Shown here: one piece after another, positions 47,735 to 60,898 of the stretch
Position numbering within the stretch: position 1 is the stretch's first letter
Layout: each line of letters opens with the position of its first letter
Source of the DNA: Centroscyllium fabricii
Lineage: Eukaryota
DNA: 64,000 bases
Direction: 5' to 3'
NCBI GenBank assembly: GCA_051313645.2
Contig: JBNRSN020000022.1
Coordinates: forward strand, 57,970,001 to 58,034,000
The notes under the pieces: model-generated
Told to the model about the DNA's origin: nothing
What the model saw: the letters and a program-made list of their open reading frames with translations, nothing else
Database searches by the model: none
Position numbers and translations under genes: made by a program

Positions 47735-47994
47735 CACATGCTGCTTAGGAAATGGAGTCAGTCCGCTGATCTATAAACTGCTGGTATTAGTGAGCGATTT
47801 GTGCTACTCAACTAAAACTCTTTCCCCCCCCCCCCGAAAAAAAAATTAAACTGTACATGATTCGTAATTCGCTTTGTATGGTCAATCTTGGTAATAAAAA
47901 ATTGTTTAAAGACAAAATGGGTTGCACTTCATATTGCAAAATCTGATATTTCTTTTGCATCTGATTGTTTTGCATATAACTTATCTTTGTTTAG

Positions 47995-48228
47995 CTTCTG
48001 GTGTGGAACAACTCCAGTTCAGGGCCAGTACAGCAGTATACAGAGCATCTTGCAGCAGTGAAAGCCATTGCCTGGTCTCCCCATCAGCATGGTCTCCTTG
48101 CATCGGGTGGTGGAACTGCTGACCGGTGCATCCGTTTCTGGAATACTCTTACTTCTCAGCCTTTGCAGTGTATAGATACAGGTTCCCAGGTGTGCAACCT
48201 TGCTTGGTCCAAGCATGCAAATGAATTA
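47995..48228 (+). CDS. fzr1: FZR1 in-window exon 9
   Basis: ag|LLVWNNSSSGPVQQYTEHLAAVKAIAWSPHQHGLLASGGGTADRCIRFWN...WSKHANEL|gt, 234 nt. Confidence 0.98.
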
Positions 48229-48940
48229 GTAAGTACAAAGTATTTCACTTGTTTTTAGTGCATCTGGTATTGGTAAAAATGACGCTATTAGGTTGTCGTA
48301 AAATCCCAACATGTTCACTAATGTTATTCAGGAAAGGAAACCTGCCATCCTTACTCGGTCTGGCCTATCTGTGACTCTAGTTCCACATCAGTGTGGTTGA
48401 CTCTTGCAAGCACTCTTGTCTAGCAAGCCACTCAGTTTGCCAAATCAAAGGCTGGCAATTAATGTCGGCCTTGCCAGCAATGCATACATACCGAGAAGGA
48501 ATAAAATTACATTTTATCTGGATTCATCGGAAACTTAAATTTAATTTTCTTTGAGTATTAATAAGATTGTTTTCTTGGCTCATTAGAATTCACAAACCAT
48601 TACAATTAGCCAAGAAATCATTCTGCTCTCGTCATGAATGCATAATTGGTTGTTGAAAACTTTCCATTCACTGAGAACATAATGGGTAAGAACATTCTGC
48701 GGATTTTATGGCAGTTGAGAAAACAGCTTTGTTTTGTACGGACTGGTCAATAACTGAACTGTAGAATTCACACATAGTATTGGAATATATTGGTGCTGTT
48801 GTATAATAACTATGTTACAGTAATAATGACTGGAGCACAATTGATGAAGCTTTTTTCTTTCAAACATTTTATGTGACAACATTGTTTTTATGTACATTTT
48901 TATTAAAGTATTAGTAAAACAATGTTTTTAATACCCGTAG

Positions 48941-49045
48941 GTGAGTACTCATGGATATTCACAAAATCAAATCCTGGTGTGGAAGTATCCATCATTAACA
49001 CAAGTAGCCAAATTGACTGGACATTCATACAGAGTGCTATACTTG
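48941..49045 (+). CDS. fzr1: FZR1 in-window exon 10
   Basis: ag|VSTHGYSQNQILVWKYPSLTQVAKLTGHSYRVLYL|gt, 105 nt. Confidence 0.98.
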
Positions 49046-50139
49046 GTGGGTTACTTGTTATCATTTTTACATTCATTTTGTATAATGCAAGGATTAAAAT
49101 TCAAAAATTCTTTGGCTCTTTCATAAATGACATATGCATCCATCGCTAAAAAGCTACAAGACTGGTTGACTCTTTCAGGTTAATTGTGTATGGCCTTACT
49201 CTTTCTATGTTGCTAATGTTGACATTAAGCATCAGCAGTCCTCATAATGTTGTTGTTACGGTGTTTGTTCTAGCCGATGGTTGCCAAAAGACCTGTTGCT
49301 AATTGTATCTCTCGTGAATTTCATCTATGTTCAGTGATGTCAATTAGTTTGCGTGCAGTATCACAGACATACCTTCAGCATGACAAAAAGACCCACATAG
49401 GGCAGTTTATGGTATGCCAGTCAGTTTAACGCTGGACTTGAATGTCTAGACCATCAGTGAACCAACCCTACAATTTAGCACCAATTACTTAATCTGGGTA
49501 AAGGGGCTTTGGTAAAGAGATGTGGTCACTATGAAACTGGCTCCTTCTCCAGAGTATGTAGTGACAGATCAGTGTTGGCTGGAGCCCTCCCTCCCTATAA
49601 CAGTTTCTTCTTTTTGCCACAAATCTACCTCATTCCTTTTTGTCCTGGAATATTGAACATGAACTTTTGGAAATTGTTCCATTGTATGCCCAAGACTTTG
49701 AACCATGAAGACACTCATTCTATACCACAAGTTTAACCAGTATTGGGATGTTGCTGTTACTGCAGAAAGAATAGAAAGGCCAAAGGACCAGTCATGCCTT
49801 ATCAGCGTGGTCCTAAAGAATGTGTCCAAAGTGCAGTTAGCATCCAGCAGAAAACACGGGTATCAGTATGAATCAAGTACTGGGATAGACCCCCGTTGTA
49901 TCTTTCAAACAATTTTTAGTTCCCCTCTTCAGCTATGCAAAGCTATAATACTATAACAGAGGTTCTCCCTGCCATATCCCACTGGTTCGTTAGTTGATCA
50001 ATGTGACGAGTAGCGGGTACTAGACACCTGGGAGAGATGGGGAAAAAATTAGTCCCACAATTCTTTAAGAAATGGCTACAGCAAATTTCACTTCTCCCAG
50101 CAAGTTCAATACAGCTACGTCCAGTTGTAGCACTACCTC

Positions 50140-50371
50140 CAGTCCAAAGATGTGCGGGTTAGGTTGATTGGCCAGGATAAATTGACCCTTAGTGTTAGGG
50201 GGATTGAATATGTGGGGTTACGGGGATAGGGTGGTGTTGATGCAGGCTCGAGAGGGATATGGGGAGAGGGCAGGGGCGGGGTACTGGGTTTGGATGATCA
50301 GCCATGATCTCATTGAATGGCGGAGCAGGCTCGAAGGGCCGAATGGCCTACTCCTGCTCCTAGTTTCTATG
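50140..50371 (+). mobile_element. HE1-like SINE, 5'-truncated
   Basis: Matches the 3' half of 47355-47734. Confidence 0.8.
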
Positions 50372-51325
50372 CAATACTTTGCAGATTTCCACTTGAGCCA
50401 ACCCCCTGGAACTTTTCCTCCACTCCCCAGTAGCCTGCTGTGGATGCATCTCCACCCTGTGCATTTGCTCGCCTCTGCAACCAAGGACTCAATAGAAAGC
50501 CTGAAGAAATTAAGGCTGACTTAAGTGAGGAGGAGTGGTGAGAGGTATGGAGCCAGATCCTAAACACAAGTACTCATGGCAAAATGTAAGAAAGCCAAAT
50601 AAAGATCATATATTGCACGTACTGCACATACCGTACACTACACCAACTCCATAGATTTCATCTTTCCATACCAGATCGTTGGTTGGATGCACTGTGGCCA
50701 GCAAGGCACGCTCCTACACATAATCTGGTCATTCCTCTGCATCAAGACATTCTGAATTGCAGTCTGGGAGACCACCAGGTGCATGACCAGTTTTACGGTC
50801 CTAAAGGTTGCAGCTTCGTTCTTGCTGGGTCTGTCTACTGTAATGATCAGACTAGCACAACTCCCACGAGTAGCTAGAAGAAGATGCATTCCTCTTTCCC
50901 CCCCCCCCCCCAGAATCCAAGACCAAAGAATCTGCCTCAACTAGCTGACCTGCATTGCTCCGAGTCGTACTGAGAAACTTGGATGTATCCTTGCATTTCT
51001 CCCACAAATATCATGCAATCAAAATGCACAACAGCCTCAAAATATGTGAATGTACACCTCTATATACAGGGGCATCATAAAAATATATACGTGAATGTAG
51101 GTTTTGAGTAGGAGGGTGACAGTGGACTGTCTTGTCACACTTCTCTTTCGAACAATATAGGTTAAATGAGTCTCCCAGCAACCCTTTCCCAGGTAGGGAA
51201 GGTGTGTGGCGAAGAGGAAAAAATAAGCGGTTGGCAAAAGCAAATCTTGTAGAAACCAGTTTTTTTAAAGCTGCAAAAGAAATGTACTGTTTAGTAAATA
51301 CACTGAATCCTCTTTTTATCTGCAG

Positions 51326-51418
51326 GCAATGTCACCAGATGGAGAAGCCATAGTGACTGGAGCAGGAGATGAAACACTCCGATTCTGGAATGTTTTTAGT
51401 AAAACTCGCTCAACTAAG
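51326..51418 (+). CDS. fzr1: FZR1 in-window exon 11
   Basis: ag|AMSPDGEAIVTGAGDETLRFWNVFSKTRSTK|gt, 93 nt. Confidence 0.98.
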
Positions 51419-52034
51419 GTATATGATATTGTGGGTTGCGGTGATGATGTTAAGGGTATACCAAAAATCTTTGATTTTAGTTAAAGAATCAACAGATCCT
51501 GTGTTTGATTAATTGTAAAAATTATGCTGTGTAAGAGTTGCTGGTCTGTGGTGGTTTATTGCAACATAGGAATTTACTGTACAGAATGGTCGAACATAGT
51601 TTGCTCCTACAGTTCTCCTAACGGTTGGTCCCTTAATTTATTGTTTTGGGAAGGAGCAGATATGCAGTACTTCCCACAGAATTAGAGGAGGAATTGAAAA
51701 GGAGCAGAGTATAATATTGCACCAATCTGTCAAACCACCGGCAGCCAGTTGTACGGCAATATTTCCAGAAGTGAGGGAAGATCATCTTTGTGGTTGGGGA
51801 ATGGAATACTAATGTCCATAACAACATCTTGGATGCAACTCCTACTTATCCACTAATCATTGTGATGTCATGGTAATTTCAGTATTGTGATAAGCCACCA
51901 AGTGAAACACGGAGGAACAACTTACTCCCTTTTTCACCCAGCTATCTACGTAGGGAGCTTTAACCACAGTCTGTATGGTGGCTATTAATCACAATTCAAC
52001 AAAGATGGTGGTCGGTTACAAAGTTGGGTATCTT

Positions 52035-52897
52035 TTTTTATTATTCATTGATGGGATGTGGGCGTCGCTGGCTGGCTAGGCCTGCATTTAGTGCCCATCC
52101 CTAATTGCCCTTGAGAAGATGGTGGTGAGCCACCTTCTTGAACCGCTGCAGTCCATATGGTGTATGGACACCCACAATGTTAGGAAGGGAGTTCCAGGAT
52201 TTTGGCCCAGTGACAGTGAAGGAGCGGCGATACAGGTCCAAGTCAGGATGGTGTGTGGCTTGGAGGGGAACTTGTAGGTGGTGCTGTTCCCATGCATCTG
52301 CTGCCCTTGTCCTTCTAAGTGGTAGAGGTCGCGGGTTTGGAAGGTGCTGTTGAAGGAGCTTTGGTGAGTTGCTGCAGTGCATCTTGTAGATGGTACACAC
52401 TGCAGCCACAGTGCGCCGGTGGTGGAGGGAGTGAATGTTGAAGGTGGTGGATGGAGTGCCAATCAAGCGGCCTGCTTTATCCTGAATGGTGTCGAGCTTC
52501 TTGAGTGTTGTTGGAGCTGCACTCATCCAGGCAAGTGGAGAGTATTCCATCACACTCCTGACTTGTGCCTTGTAGATGGTGGAAAGGATTTAGGGAGTCA
52601 GGAGGTGAGACACTCGCCGCAGAATTCCCAGCCTCTGGCCTGCTCTTGTAGCCACAGTATTTATATGGCTGGTCCAGTTCAGTTTCCGATCAATGGTAAC
52701 CCCCAGGATGTTGATAGTGGGGGATTCAGCGATGATAATGCCATTGAATGTCAAGGGGAGATGGTTAGAGTCTCGCTTGTTGGAGATGGTCATTGCCTGG
52801 CACTTGTGTGGTGCGAATGTTACCCCCACAGTGCTGTTAGGAGAACGAGTTCCAGGATTTTTACCCAGCAACGATGAAGGAACGGCGATAATTTCCT
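52035..52897 (-). mobile_element. Non-LTR retrotransposon 3' fragment (CR1/L2 group)
   Basis: INILGVTIDRKLNWTSHI, MEYSPLAWM and KSWNSLP. Confidence 0.75.
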
Positions 52898-52899
52898 AA

Positions 52900-55800
52900 T
52901 GACTATAACCTGATCCACGACCCTAAACAACATGGCACCTTCCTTGAACTCGATGACTTTCCACAAAGTACAAGGAAATCTTGATGGAACCTCAGGAAAG
53001 CCATTGCACTTTGTTTAGAGGCCGTTGAACAAATAATTGTTACTATCCCACAACCTAACAACCCAATCAAGGAGGCTTACAAATGCTTTTGTGGCACCCC
53101 TCAAAGCTCTAAAATCCACAATCTATTGTGCTTTTTGCCCCTTGTACACAGTGTGCCTGGACAAAGTGCATTGTTCCATTGAAACCAGATCATTGAAATC
53201 TATGCTGAGGGTGGTGTCTTTGCTACTCAAGCTAGTGATTTCCCCCCCCCCGCCCCTGGAAACCACACTGACCAATGATATGAAACTTATGGCGGAGTAC
53301 TGCCTGAAATGGCAACTTCAACCAAGTACCACAAAGACTGTGTCCTCTGTCTTTCACTTGCACAATGCTGGTGCCTCTCATGAACTTATCCTAAATGGTT
53401 AACTTCTTAAAACATGATGCTCAACCGGTTTACTCGGGCATCGCCCTCAACAAATCACTAACCTACTAAAACCATCTATTGAGAGAGTCAACTTTAAATA
53501 ACCTAATCACCAAGCATTCTGGCTTTGCCTGGGGTGTAAACACCTCCACTTTACCCTCTTTGCTCATGCACTCTGCTATTCAGTATTTTTTTATTCATTC
53601 CTGGGATGTGGGTGTCGCTGGCAAGGCCAGCATTTATTGCCCATCCCTAATTGCCCTTGAGAAGGTGGTGGTGAGCCGCCGCCTTGAACAGCTGCAGTCC
53701 GTGTGGTGACCGTACTCCCACAGAGCTGTTAGGAGAACGAGTTCCAGGATTTTGACCCAGCGACGATGAAGGAACGGCGATAATTTTCCAAGTTAGGGTG
53801 GTGTGTGACTTGGAGGGGAACTTGGACGGATATGGTGTTCCTATATGCCTACTGCCCTTGTCCTTCTAGGTGGTAGAGGTCGCGGGTTTGGGAGGTGCAG
53901 CTGAAGGTGGTTGGGCCTAGGACACTGCCCTGAGGAACGCCTGCAGTGATGTCCTGGGGCTGAGATGATTGCTTCCAACAACCACAACCATCTCCAGCCA
54001 GTGGATAGTTTTCCCCCTGATTCCCATTGACTTCAATTTTATTAGGGCTCCTTGATGCCATACTCTGTCAAATGCTGCCTTGATGTTCAAGGGCAATCAC
54101 TCTTCCCTGGAATTCAGCTCTTTTGTCCATGTTTGGACCAAGGCTGTAACGAGATCTGGAGCCGAGTGGTCTTGGTGGAACACAAACTGAGCATTGGTGA
54201 GCAGGTTATTGGTGAGTAAGTGCCACTTGATAGCACAGTCAATGACACCTTCCATCACTTTGCTGATGATTGAGTATAGACTGATGGAGTGGTAATTGGC
54301 TGGATTGGATTTGTCCTTTTTATGGACAGGACCTTCCTGGGCAGTTTTCCACATTGTCAGGTAGATGCCTGTGTTGTAGCTGTACTGGAACTGGCTTCAG
54401 CACGACAGCCGGAATGTTGGCGGGACCCATAGCCTTTGCTGTATCCAGTGCGCTCAACTGTTTCTTGATATCACGTGGAGAGAATTTAATTGGCTGAAGA
54501 CTGGCTTCTGTGATAGTTGGGACCTCAGGAGGAGGCCGATATGGATCATCCACTCGCCACTTCTGGCTGAAGTGGTTGCAGCCTTGTCTTTTGCACTCGT
54601 GTGCTGGGCTCTGCCATCATTGAGGATGGGGATATTCATGGAGCCTCCTCCTCCTCCCGTTAGTTGTTTAATTGTCCACCACCATTCATGACTGGATGTG
54701 GCAGGACTGCAGAGCTTTGATCTGATCCGTTGGTTGTGTGATCGCTTGGCTCTGTTTATAGCATGCTGCTTCCACTGTTTAGTCCTGTATGTAGTCCTGT
54801 GTTGCAGCTTCCCCAGGTTGGCACCTTATTTTTAGGTACGCCTGGTGCTGCCCCTGGCATGCTTTTCTGCACTCCTCATTGAACTAAGGTTGGTCCACTG
54901 GCTTGATGGTAATGGTAGAGTGAGGGATAGGCCAGGCCGTGAGGTTAGATTGTGGTGGAGTACAATTTTGCTGCTGCTGCCTCATAGATGCCCAGTTTTG
55001 AGCCGCTAGATCTGTTCTGAATCTATCCCATTTAACACGGTGATAGTGCCACACAGCACGATGGAGGGTGTCCTTCCTGTGAAGACGGGACTTCATCTCC
55101 ACAAGGACTGTGGTGGTCACTGCTGCCAATACTGTCATGGACAGATGCATCTGCAGCAGGTAGATTGGCGAGGACAAGGTCAAGTAGATTTGTCCCTCAC
55201 GTTGGTTCTCTCACCACCTACCACAGGCCCAGTCTGGCAGTTATGTCATTCAGGGCCCGGTCAGTAATGGTGCTACTGAGCCACTCTTGGTGATGGACAT
55301 TGAAGTCCCCCACCAGAGTACATTCTATGCCCTTGCTACCCTAAATGGTGTTCAACATGGGGAAATACTGATTGATTCAGCTGAGGGAGGACGGTAGGTG
55401 GTAATCAGCAGGAGGTTTCCTTGCCCACGTTTGACCTGAAGCCATGAGACTTCATGGGGTCCAGAGTCAATGTTGAGGACTCCCAGGCCCACTCCCTCCC
55501 GACTGTATACCTCTGTGCCGCCACCTCTGGTGCGTCTATCCTGCCAGTGGCACAGGACATACCCAGGGATGGTGATGGAGAAGTCTGGGACATTGGCTGA
55601 AAGGTATGATTCTGAGAGTATGACTATGTTAGGCTATTCACGCTTGACTCGTCTGTGGCACAGCTCTCCCAATTTTGGCACAAGTCCCCAGATGGTAGTG
55701 AGGAGGACTTTGCAGGGTTGACTGAGCTGGGTGTGCTATTGTTGTGTCCTAAGCCAGTGCCTAGGTCGCTGCTGGGTGGCCTGCCCATTTTTAAAATTCT

Positions 55801-56347
55801 TATTATTATTTTCTGTTGTGTAATATTTGCTCCCATTTGTGCTCGCTCCCTGCATACTAAGCTGGTGGATACTCAACTGCATGCTTCTATAAAGCTTGTC
55901 CAGGCTTGCCCGCGTCTGCTCACATGATTACAAGTCCTCTGCAACATAGCTCCTCCACATCTTCATCGTTCGGATGCAGTAACAAAATTGGTGAATACAC
56001 GTTGACAATATCATGGTCACTCTGATTTGTTTAATCCACCAACGGTGCAGATCTCTTCAAGGCACCCAATATGGTTGACCTTTCCTGATTAATTTGACCT
56101 TTCCTCATCAACTCGCTGGCATGGAGACTGGATAATAGATGTCCCTATAAATCACCATATTATCTCTGACCCTACATACAGTCAACCACGATTCAACTAG
56201 GCCACATCGTAGTTGGGCACTTCTCAACTGCTTTCAAACTGGAAAGGGAAACTGCATCTCAGATCTTCACCTATGGCATCTTCATTGCAACAAATGGCCT
56301 TGTGGACAAACACAAACCATGTCTCACGTTGTTGAGTCATTCCTACT
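52900..56347 (+). mobile_element. Old RTE-X-like LINE remnants (about 52900-53584 and 55790-56347) split by a younger LINE
   Basis: YCLKWQLQPSTTKTVSSVFHLHN and APICARSLHTKLVDTQL are RT C-terminal-like. Clade assignment is from recall. Confidence 0.5.
53585..55730 (-). mobile_element. Second, internally deleted copy of the 52035 LINE family (EN/RT remnants)
   Basis: Same 3' end as 52035; GVPQGSVLGP, KSNPANYHSISL and KAMGPANIP in shifted frames. Confidence 0.8.
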
Positions 56348-56355
56348 CACTAAAC

Positions 56356-56694
56356 CAGCGGTCCCCAACCACCGGGCCGCGGACCGGTACCGGGCCGTGG
56401 ATCAGTTGGTACCGGGCCGCACAGAAACAATTAATCATTTGACCGCTATATGGCCTTTGCACTTTTCGGGGTTAAATTGGAAATGATCCGAAAATAGGCG
56501 CGAGGGTCAGGCTGCCTGGTGTTTTACATGATTGCTGCATGCAGCAAGCGTTACCCGCGCTGTTCATTGGCTACACACATCAGCAGGGGACCCAATGTCA
56601 CAAGTGGCTAGCACTACTTAAAGGCAGCCCGGTCCGTGGAAAAATTGTCCTGCATGAAACTGGTCCATGGTGCAAAAAAGGTTGGGGACCGCTG
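56356..56694. mobile_element. hAT-Charlie MITE (MER1/Charlie3-like ends)
   Basis: Perfect TIR CAGCGGTCCCCAACC / GGTTGGGGACCGCTG and perfect 8-bp TSD CACTAAAC. Confidence 0.92.
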
Positions 56695-56981
56695 CACTAA
56701 ACTATCTAGTTGGCCAGGTGCTTTGCGTTCTGGTGATGACAATTCTCTAAAATTACTGGAATTTTATACTGAGTCTGCAATAGTAGAATAATATATATGT
56801 GTGTGTGAAAGGGAAGATCTGATCATTGTTCTAAAATAGTACAATGCTTTACACTAATCTTAGGCACACAGGATATCGGGCTAGTGGAGCACTAATAAAT
56901 AAAATGTGAGATGAATAAAACTTTTGGAAAAAATAAAACTGTTTTTCTGAACATGGAAACTTTTTTTGAATTGGTTTACAG

Positions 56982-57023
56982 GAATCCATATCTGTGCTGA
57001 ATCTCTTCACAAGGATACGATGA
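56982..57023 (+). CDS. fzr1: FZR1 last coding exon (IR tail, stop)
   Basis: ag|ESISVLNLFTRIR-TGA. The 12 exons sum to 1413 nt (470 aa plus stop) and join in phase. Confidence 0.97.
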   Translation, partial: ESISVLNLFTRIR

Positions 57024-59410
57024 TGATTAAGGAAGTGGTGTGTTAAATAGGGAAAATGCCAACAATCCCATAAATATACAAGAAACTGTTTCATCATGCT
57101 GGTACTGATTTTTTTCATTTGGATGGATCTTAGAAAGAGGACATTTTGAAGGATTTTGCTGCTCATTCCAAACAGCTCGAATTTTTAAAAGTATGTTTTC
57201 AATTATGTTTGTTTACAAAGAACTGTTTGAAAAGACTGCCAAAGGTTTTGAATTAAGGTCTAGTTGAGAGCTGAGATTCTACTTTTCTTGTACAGTTTAT
57301 ATAAAAAGCCCGCTACTTTTCACTGTCAGATACAAATGGTGATGTTGAGAGCAATGTGCACATTTTATTTAGTGCTACCTGTAAATATTTTTCTGTTAAG
57401 TGTAGAAAAATGTACATTGAATATAAAATTCTGTAGAAATGCAGTGAGAATGCAAAACAAAGCTTGATTATGGAGATAAGCATAATGTTTAAAAAGAAAC
57501 CCGAATATTAGGCTTTCCTGTGTGCCAACATATATATATATATATATTTTGTAACTATTACAAGGATTTTCAAAATATTAAGCAGGAAGATTACTTCTAT
57601 TAAGTATTTTGTTATTAAAATGTCTGGCTCCTGTAGGTTAACATCATGTTGAACTGCACAAAATAGTAATCTTATTTTAATTAAAATTATGAATTGGCTA
57701 AAATTCTAATATTAGAGGTAAAAATCCAATGAAGCACGAACCCCAAAATTTGTTGGAGAGATTAAAGGGTCTTGCTGCTTATAATGTTGAAAATGCTTTT
57801 GTCTCAAACTGTACAAATATGGATGGAAAAGCACTTGAATTTTTTTAACCTTTTAGTGTCGACCATTACCAAGACTGTTAATTTTTGTACACCTGTTTCT
57901 GTTATTTTATACCATCTGTGACCTTTTGTTCGGCTGTAAAACTGCTTTCAGTGTTCTGTAATAGTGAGTGAATGCCTTTCAAGTTGTTTGCATTCTTGAA
58001 TGAACCTTCCGACGCCCAAAGGAAGTGAGAAACGCTGTTAAAAATGATGTTGCACAACGTGACTGTGTTGCTGTCTAATATCTGCACCTAGGATGACATG
58101 ACAAGTTTGCTGGTGTACAAGTATTTGTTGGTGCATTTCAAAACTGTAATTGCACAGTATTTCTGAAAGTCATCTGTTCTAATTAAAACTGAAAATCCAA
58201 ATATATTTACTACTCCATATTGTGGATTGCTTTCACAAAAATATTTATACAGTACTTCATCATTCATGATCTTTACAATAATTCAGGACCTTTGCAAAAA
58301 TTATGAACTAGAAGTTTAGGTGGATCCTGCAGAGAAATCTTTTAGTCAATTTCCTTTCATTTACATCAGGTTACAATAATGCCAAGTCGGAGGAGACTCT
58401 GTGTTCAAGTGGGTAATAGAAAATAGTGTGTCTAGCTCCTGTATTCAAATCCAGCTTCAACAGGATAAAAAATCTTCCTTTTGATTTGAGAAGTCTAAAT
58501 GTGTGGGCATTGATTTTTGTTTCCAGTGGTCATGACTACTCAGGTTAAAGTAGTCCATAATTTTTTTTTTAAACTTCTGGAAATCACATGCAGTTGATCA
58601 GAATAGATGATGAGGTACGTTAGGTTGGTGAAGTGCTTCTCAGTTTGGACTTTCACTTTGTTAAGGCAATGTAGGAGGAGCATTACATAACATCTGACCT
58701 CTGGATCCTTGGAGCTGTTGCTGGATGTAAAAATAAATAATGTGCCCTTCCCTGCCATTGTCATTTCCCTTACTTTGAGCAGGACATATTTCAGTACTAC
58801 TTGGTATTGGCGATCACGTAGTGATTTTAAATTGACCGATGAATTACTTTTGTTTTGTTCCCATTTTATGAATAAGGGAGATGAGAAATACTGTTTAAAA
58901 TAGGATTACTTAATACAGGTAGCAACAGTGTCGTCACATCGGAGGATTTCAGTGATGCATGTCGTAGTTGTCTCATCATAATGAATACTGTCGCTTAGCT
59001 GGCATGCTGCATTTCCAAAGGTGTATGAAACTGCTGTAAATGTGTGGTGCACAGTGAGAACTGAGCGGGTATGGGTGCTATTTATGATAAATGCTTCACA
59101 GCTCTGTAATACTGCCCTGACTGACTAACTAGAATTTCAATATCTGCCTGTTTACTATTTGCCAAATTATTATCTGTGCAGAATATCCAAGAGTTTATAA
59201 CAAGTTGTGTATTCAAATATATGTATTTGTGAGGTGTTACAAAAAGATGTTTAACACATTGGATAGTATATCATTATGATAAGTTATACAGCTATTGAAA
59301 ACAAAACCTAAGAAGCATTAAACATAAAGAAGACCTTTCATTGATGTGTTTTATTTGAAAGAATGAAGCTCTGAATAGTGATTCTAAATAAATATTTGGA
59401 GGGTAAAAGC
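57024..59410 (+). other. fzr1: Probable fzr1 3' UTR; candidate poly(A) signals AATAAA at 58732 and 59387
   Basis: AT-rich tract after the stop codon with no recognisable repeat. The true 3' end cannot be fixed from sequence. Confidence 0.55.
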
Positions 59411-59946
59411 AGTGTATCCACCAATTACATGATTATTTGGTCCACTTACCGATTCTTTTTAAAAGAAAAGATTACTGTGGTAATGTAGAGTGTGAGAAAA
59501 TTTGCAAAGAGTCAAAAGCACTCTCTCATGGTTGGTAGGTTCCCAGAACAGTGAGTTTCTGCAGAGCAGAGGCAACATGCATCCCCACAGCCAGGGAAGG
59601 AAAATCAAAATAGAACAGTGGGGGACACTGAAAATACTGATGGTTCTAATCACGTTCACTGGGTGAAGCTTATGCACAAAACTACCTGAATTCAATGCGC
59701 TGCTGCCTTACACATCTTGTAAGGGACAAAGTGTAACCAATTTTTAAAAATTAGCTTCATTCTTTGATTTTTTTTTCTTTAACACTTTAGCTTTTAATCT
59801 GAGTACCAACTGCAGACCTATATTCATTAACTTTTGTATTTTCCTTTTATAAAGAGGAGAGACTGAACACTAATCCAATTCTAAAGCTGCTGTCCTGGAG
59901 GAATATGTCAAAGTAATCGTTAATCTAAGTACTATACAGACACATT

Positions 59947-60721
59947 GGGGGGAACTTTTCCGGAAGGGCGGGAACCTGGCGGGGATTGGTCGGGGCGGCT
60001 TCCGGTCCCGCCCGCCCAACCAGCTGGGAAGGCCACGCAATTTTAGGTTAATGAGGTCGTTAAAACCCCGCCAGCGGGAGGTAATTAGGTGAATCGAGTC
60101 GGACTGCAGCGGAGCTGCGAGCACTTAAGAGTCACAGCTCTAGCACTGGTTGTTGCCAGTTCCCCAGGCAACACTCCACTGTGACATCACAGTGGAGTGG
60201 AGCCAATGGGAAAGGCCAAGTGCTGGTGACTGACAGGTGGGCGGGCGGGCTCCGAATCGCTCACAGCTTGCAGCAGCTGAGAGGCCATGGTGAGAACTGA
60301 GATTGCTCAGTTTCTGGTCTCAGCTGATATTGAAGGCAGAACGGAGGTACTTACTCCTCTTAAGGTGCTGGAGGCATGCCAAGCATTTGGCAGCATGTGC
60401 TTCAGACCTTAAAGGAGAAAGTAATAAATTCAGGAACTCACACAACACCAGGTTATAGTGCAAAAGTTAAAAGCAGCGTTTAAGGTGGCGGGGTTAGGGC
60501 GGCAAACAGCGCAAAATGGCTGAGGGCCCTTAAAATGGCATTAAAGATGCCAATTATGGGCCCTTAACGAGGTGACAACCCATCCCCGCTGGTCAGTGGC
60601 GGGAAGGTTTGGGGGCGGGAAAATGAGAAAGCGGCGGGGAGGGGCGGGACCCGCCGGTTCTGCTATTTTGCCGGCCGGGCCACCGAAAACCCCGCCTCAC
60701 GGGGACATGAAAATTCCCCCC
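59947..60721 (+). mobile_element. PIF/Harbinger-type MITE
   Basis: TIRs GGGGGGAACTTTTC / GAAAATTCCCCCC and TSD ATT. Confidence 0.8.
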
Positions 60722-60898
60722 ATTATATGGCTAAGGAACAATGCTTCTGTGGTGAATTTTTTTTGAAGCCTCAATGTTACATTTTAAACAAATGCATGTG
60801 AAACTCCTGGCCAACAAATGAAATCAGAAAATAGTACTATACTAAGTAAGTAAATAATACAATATGTTTTTGCTGTGCTTAAAAGACCATCGTAAGTA

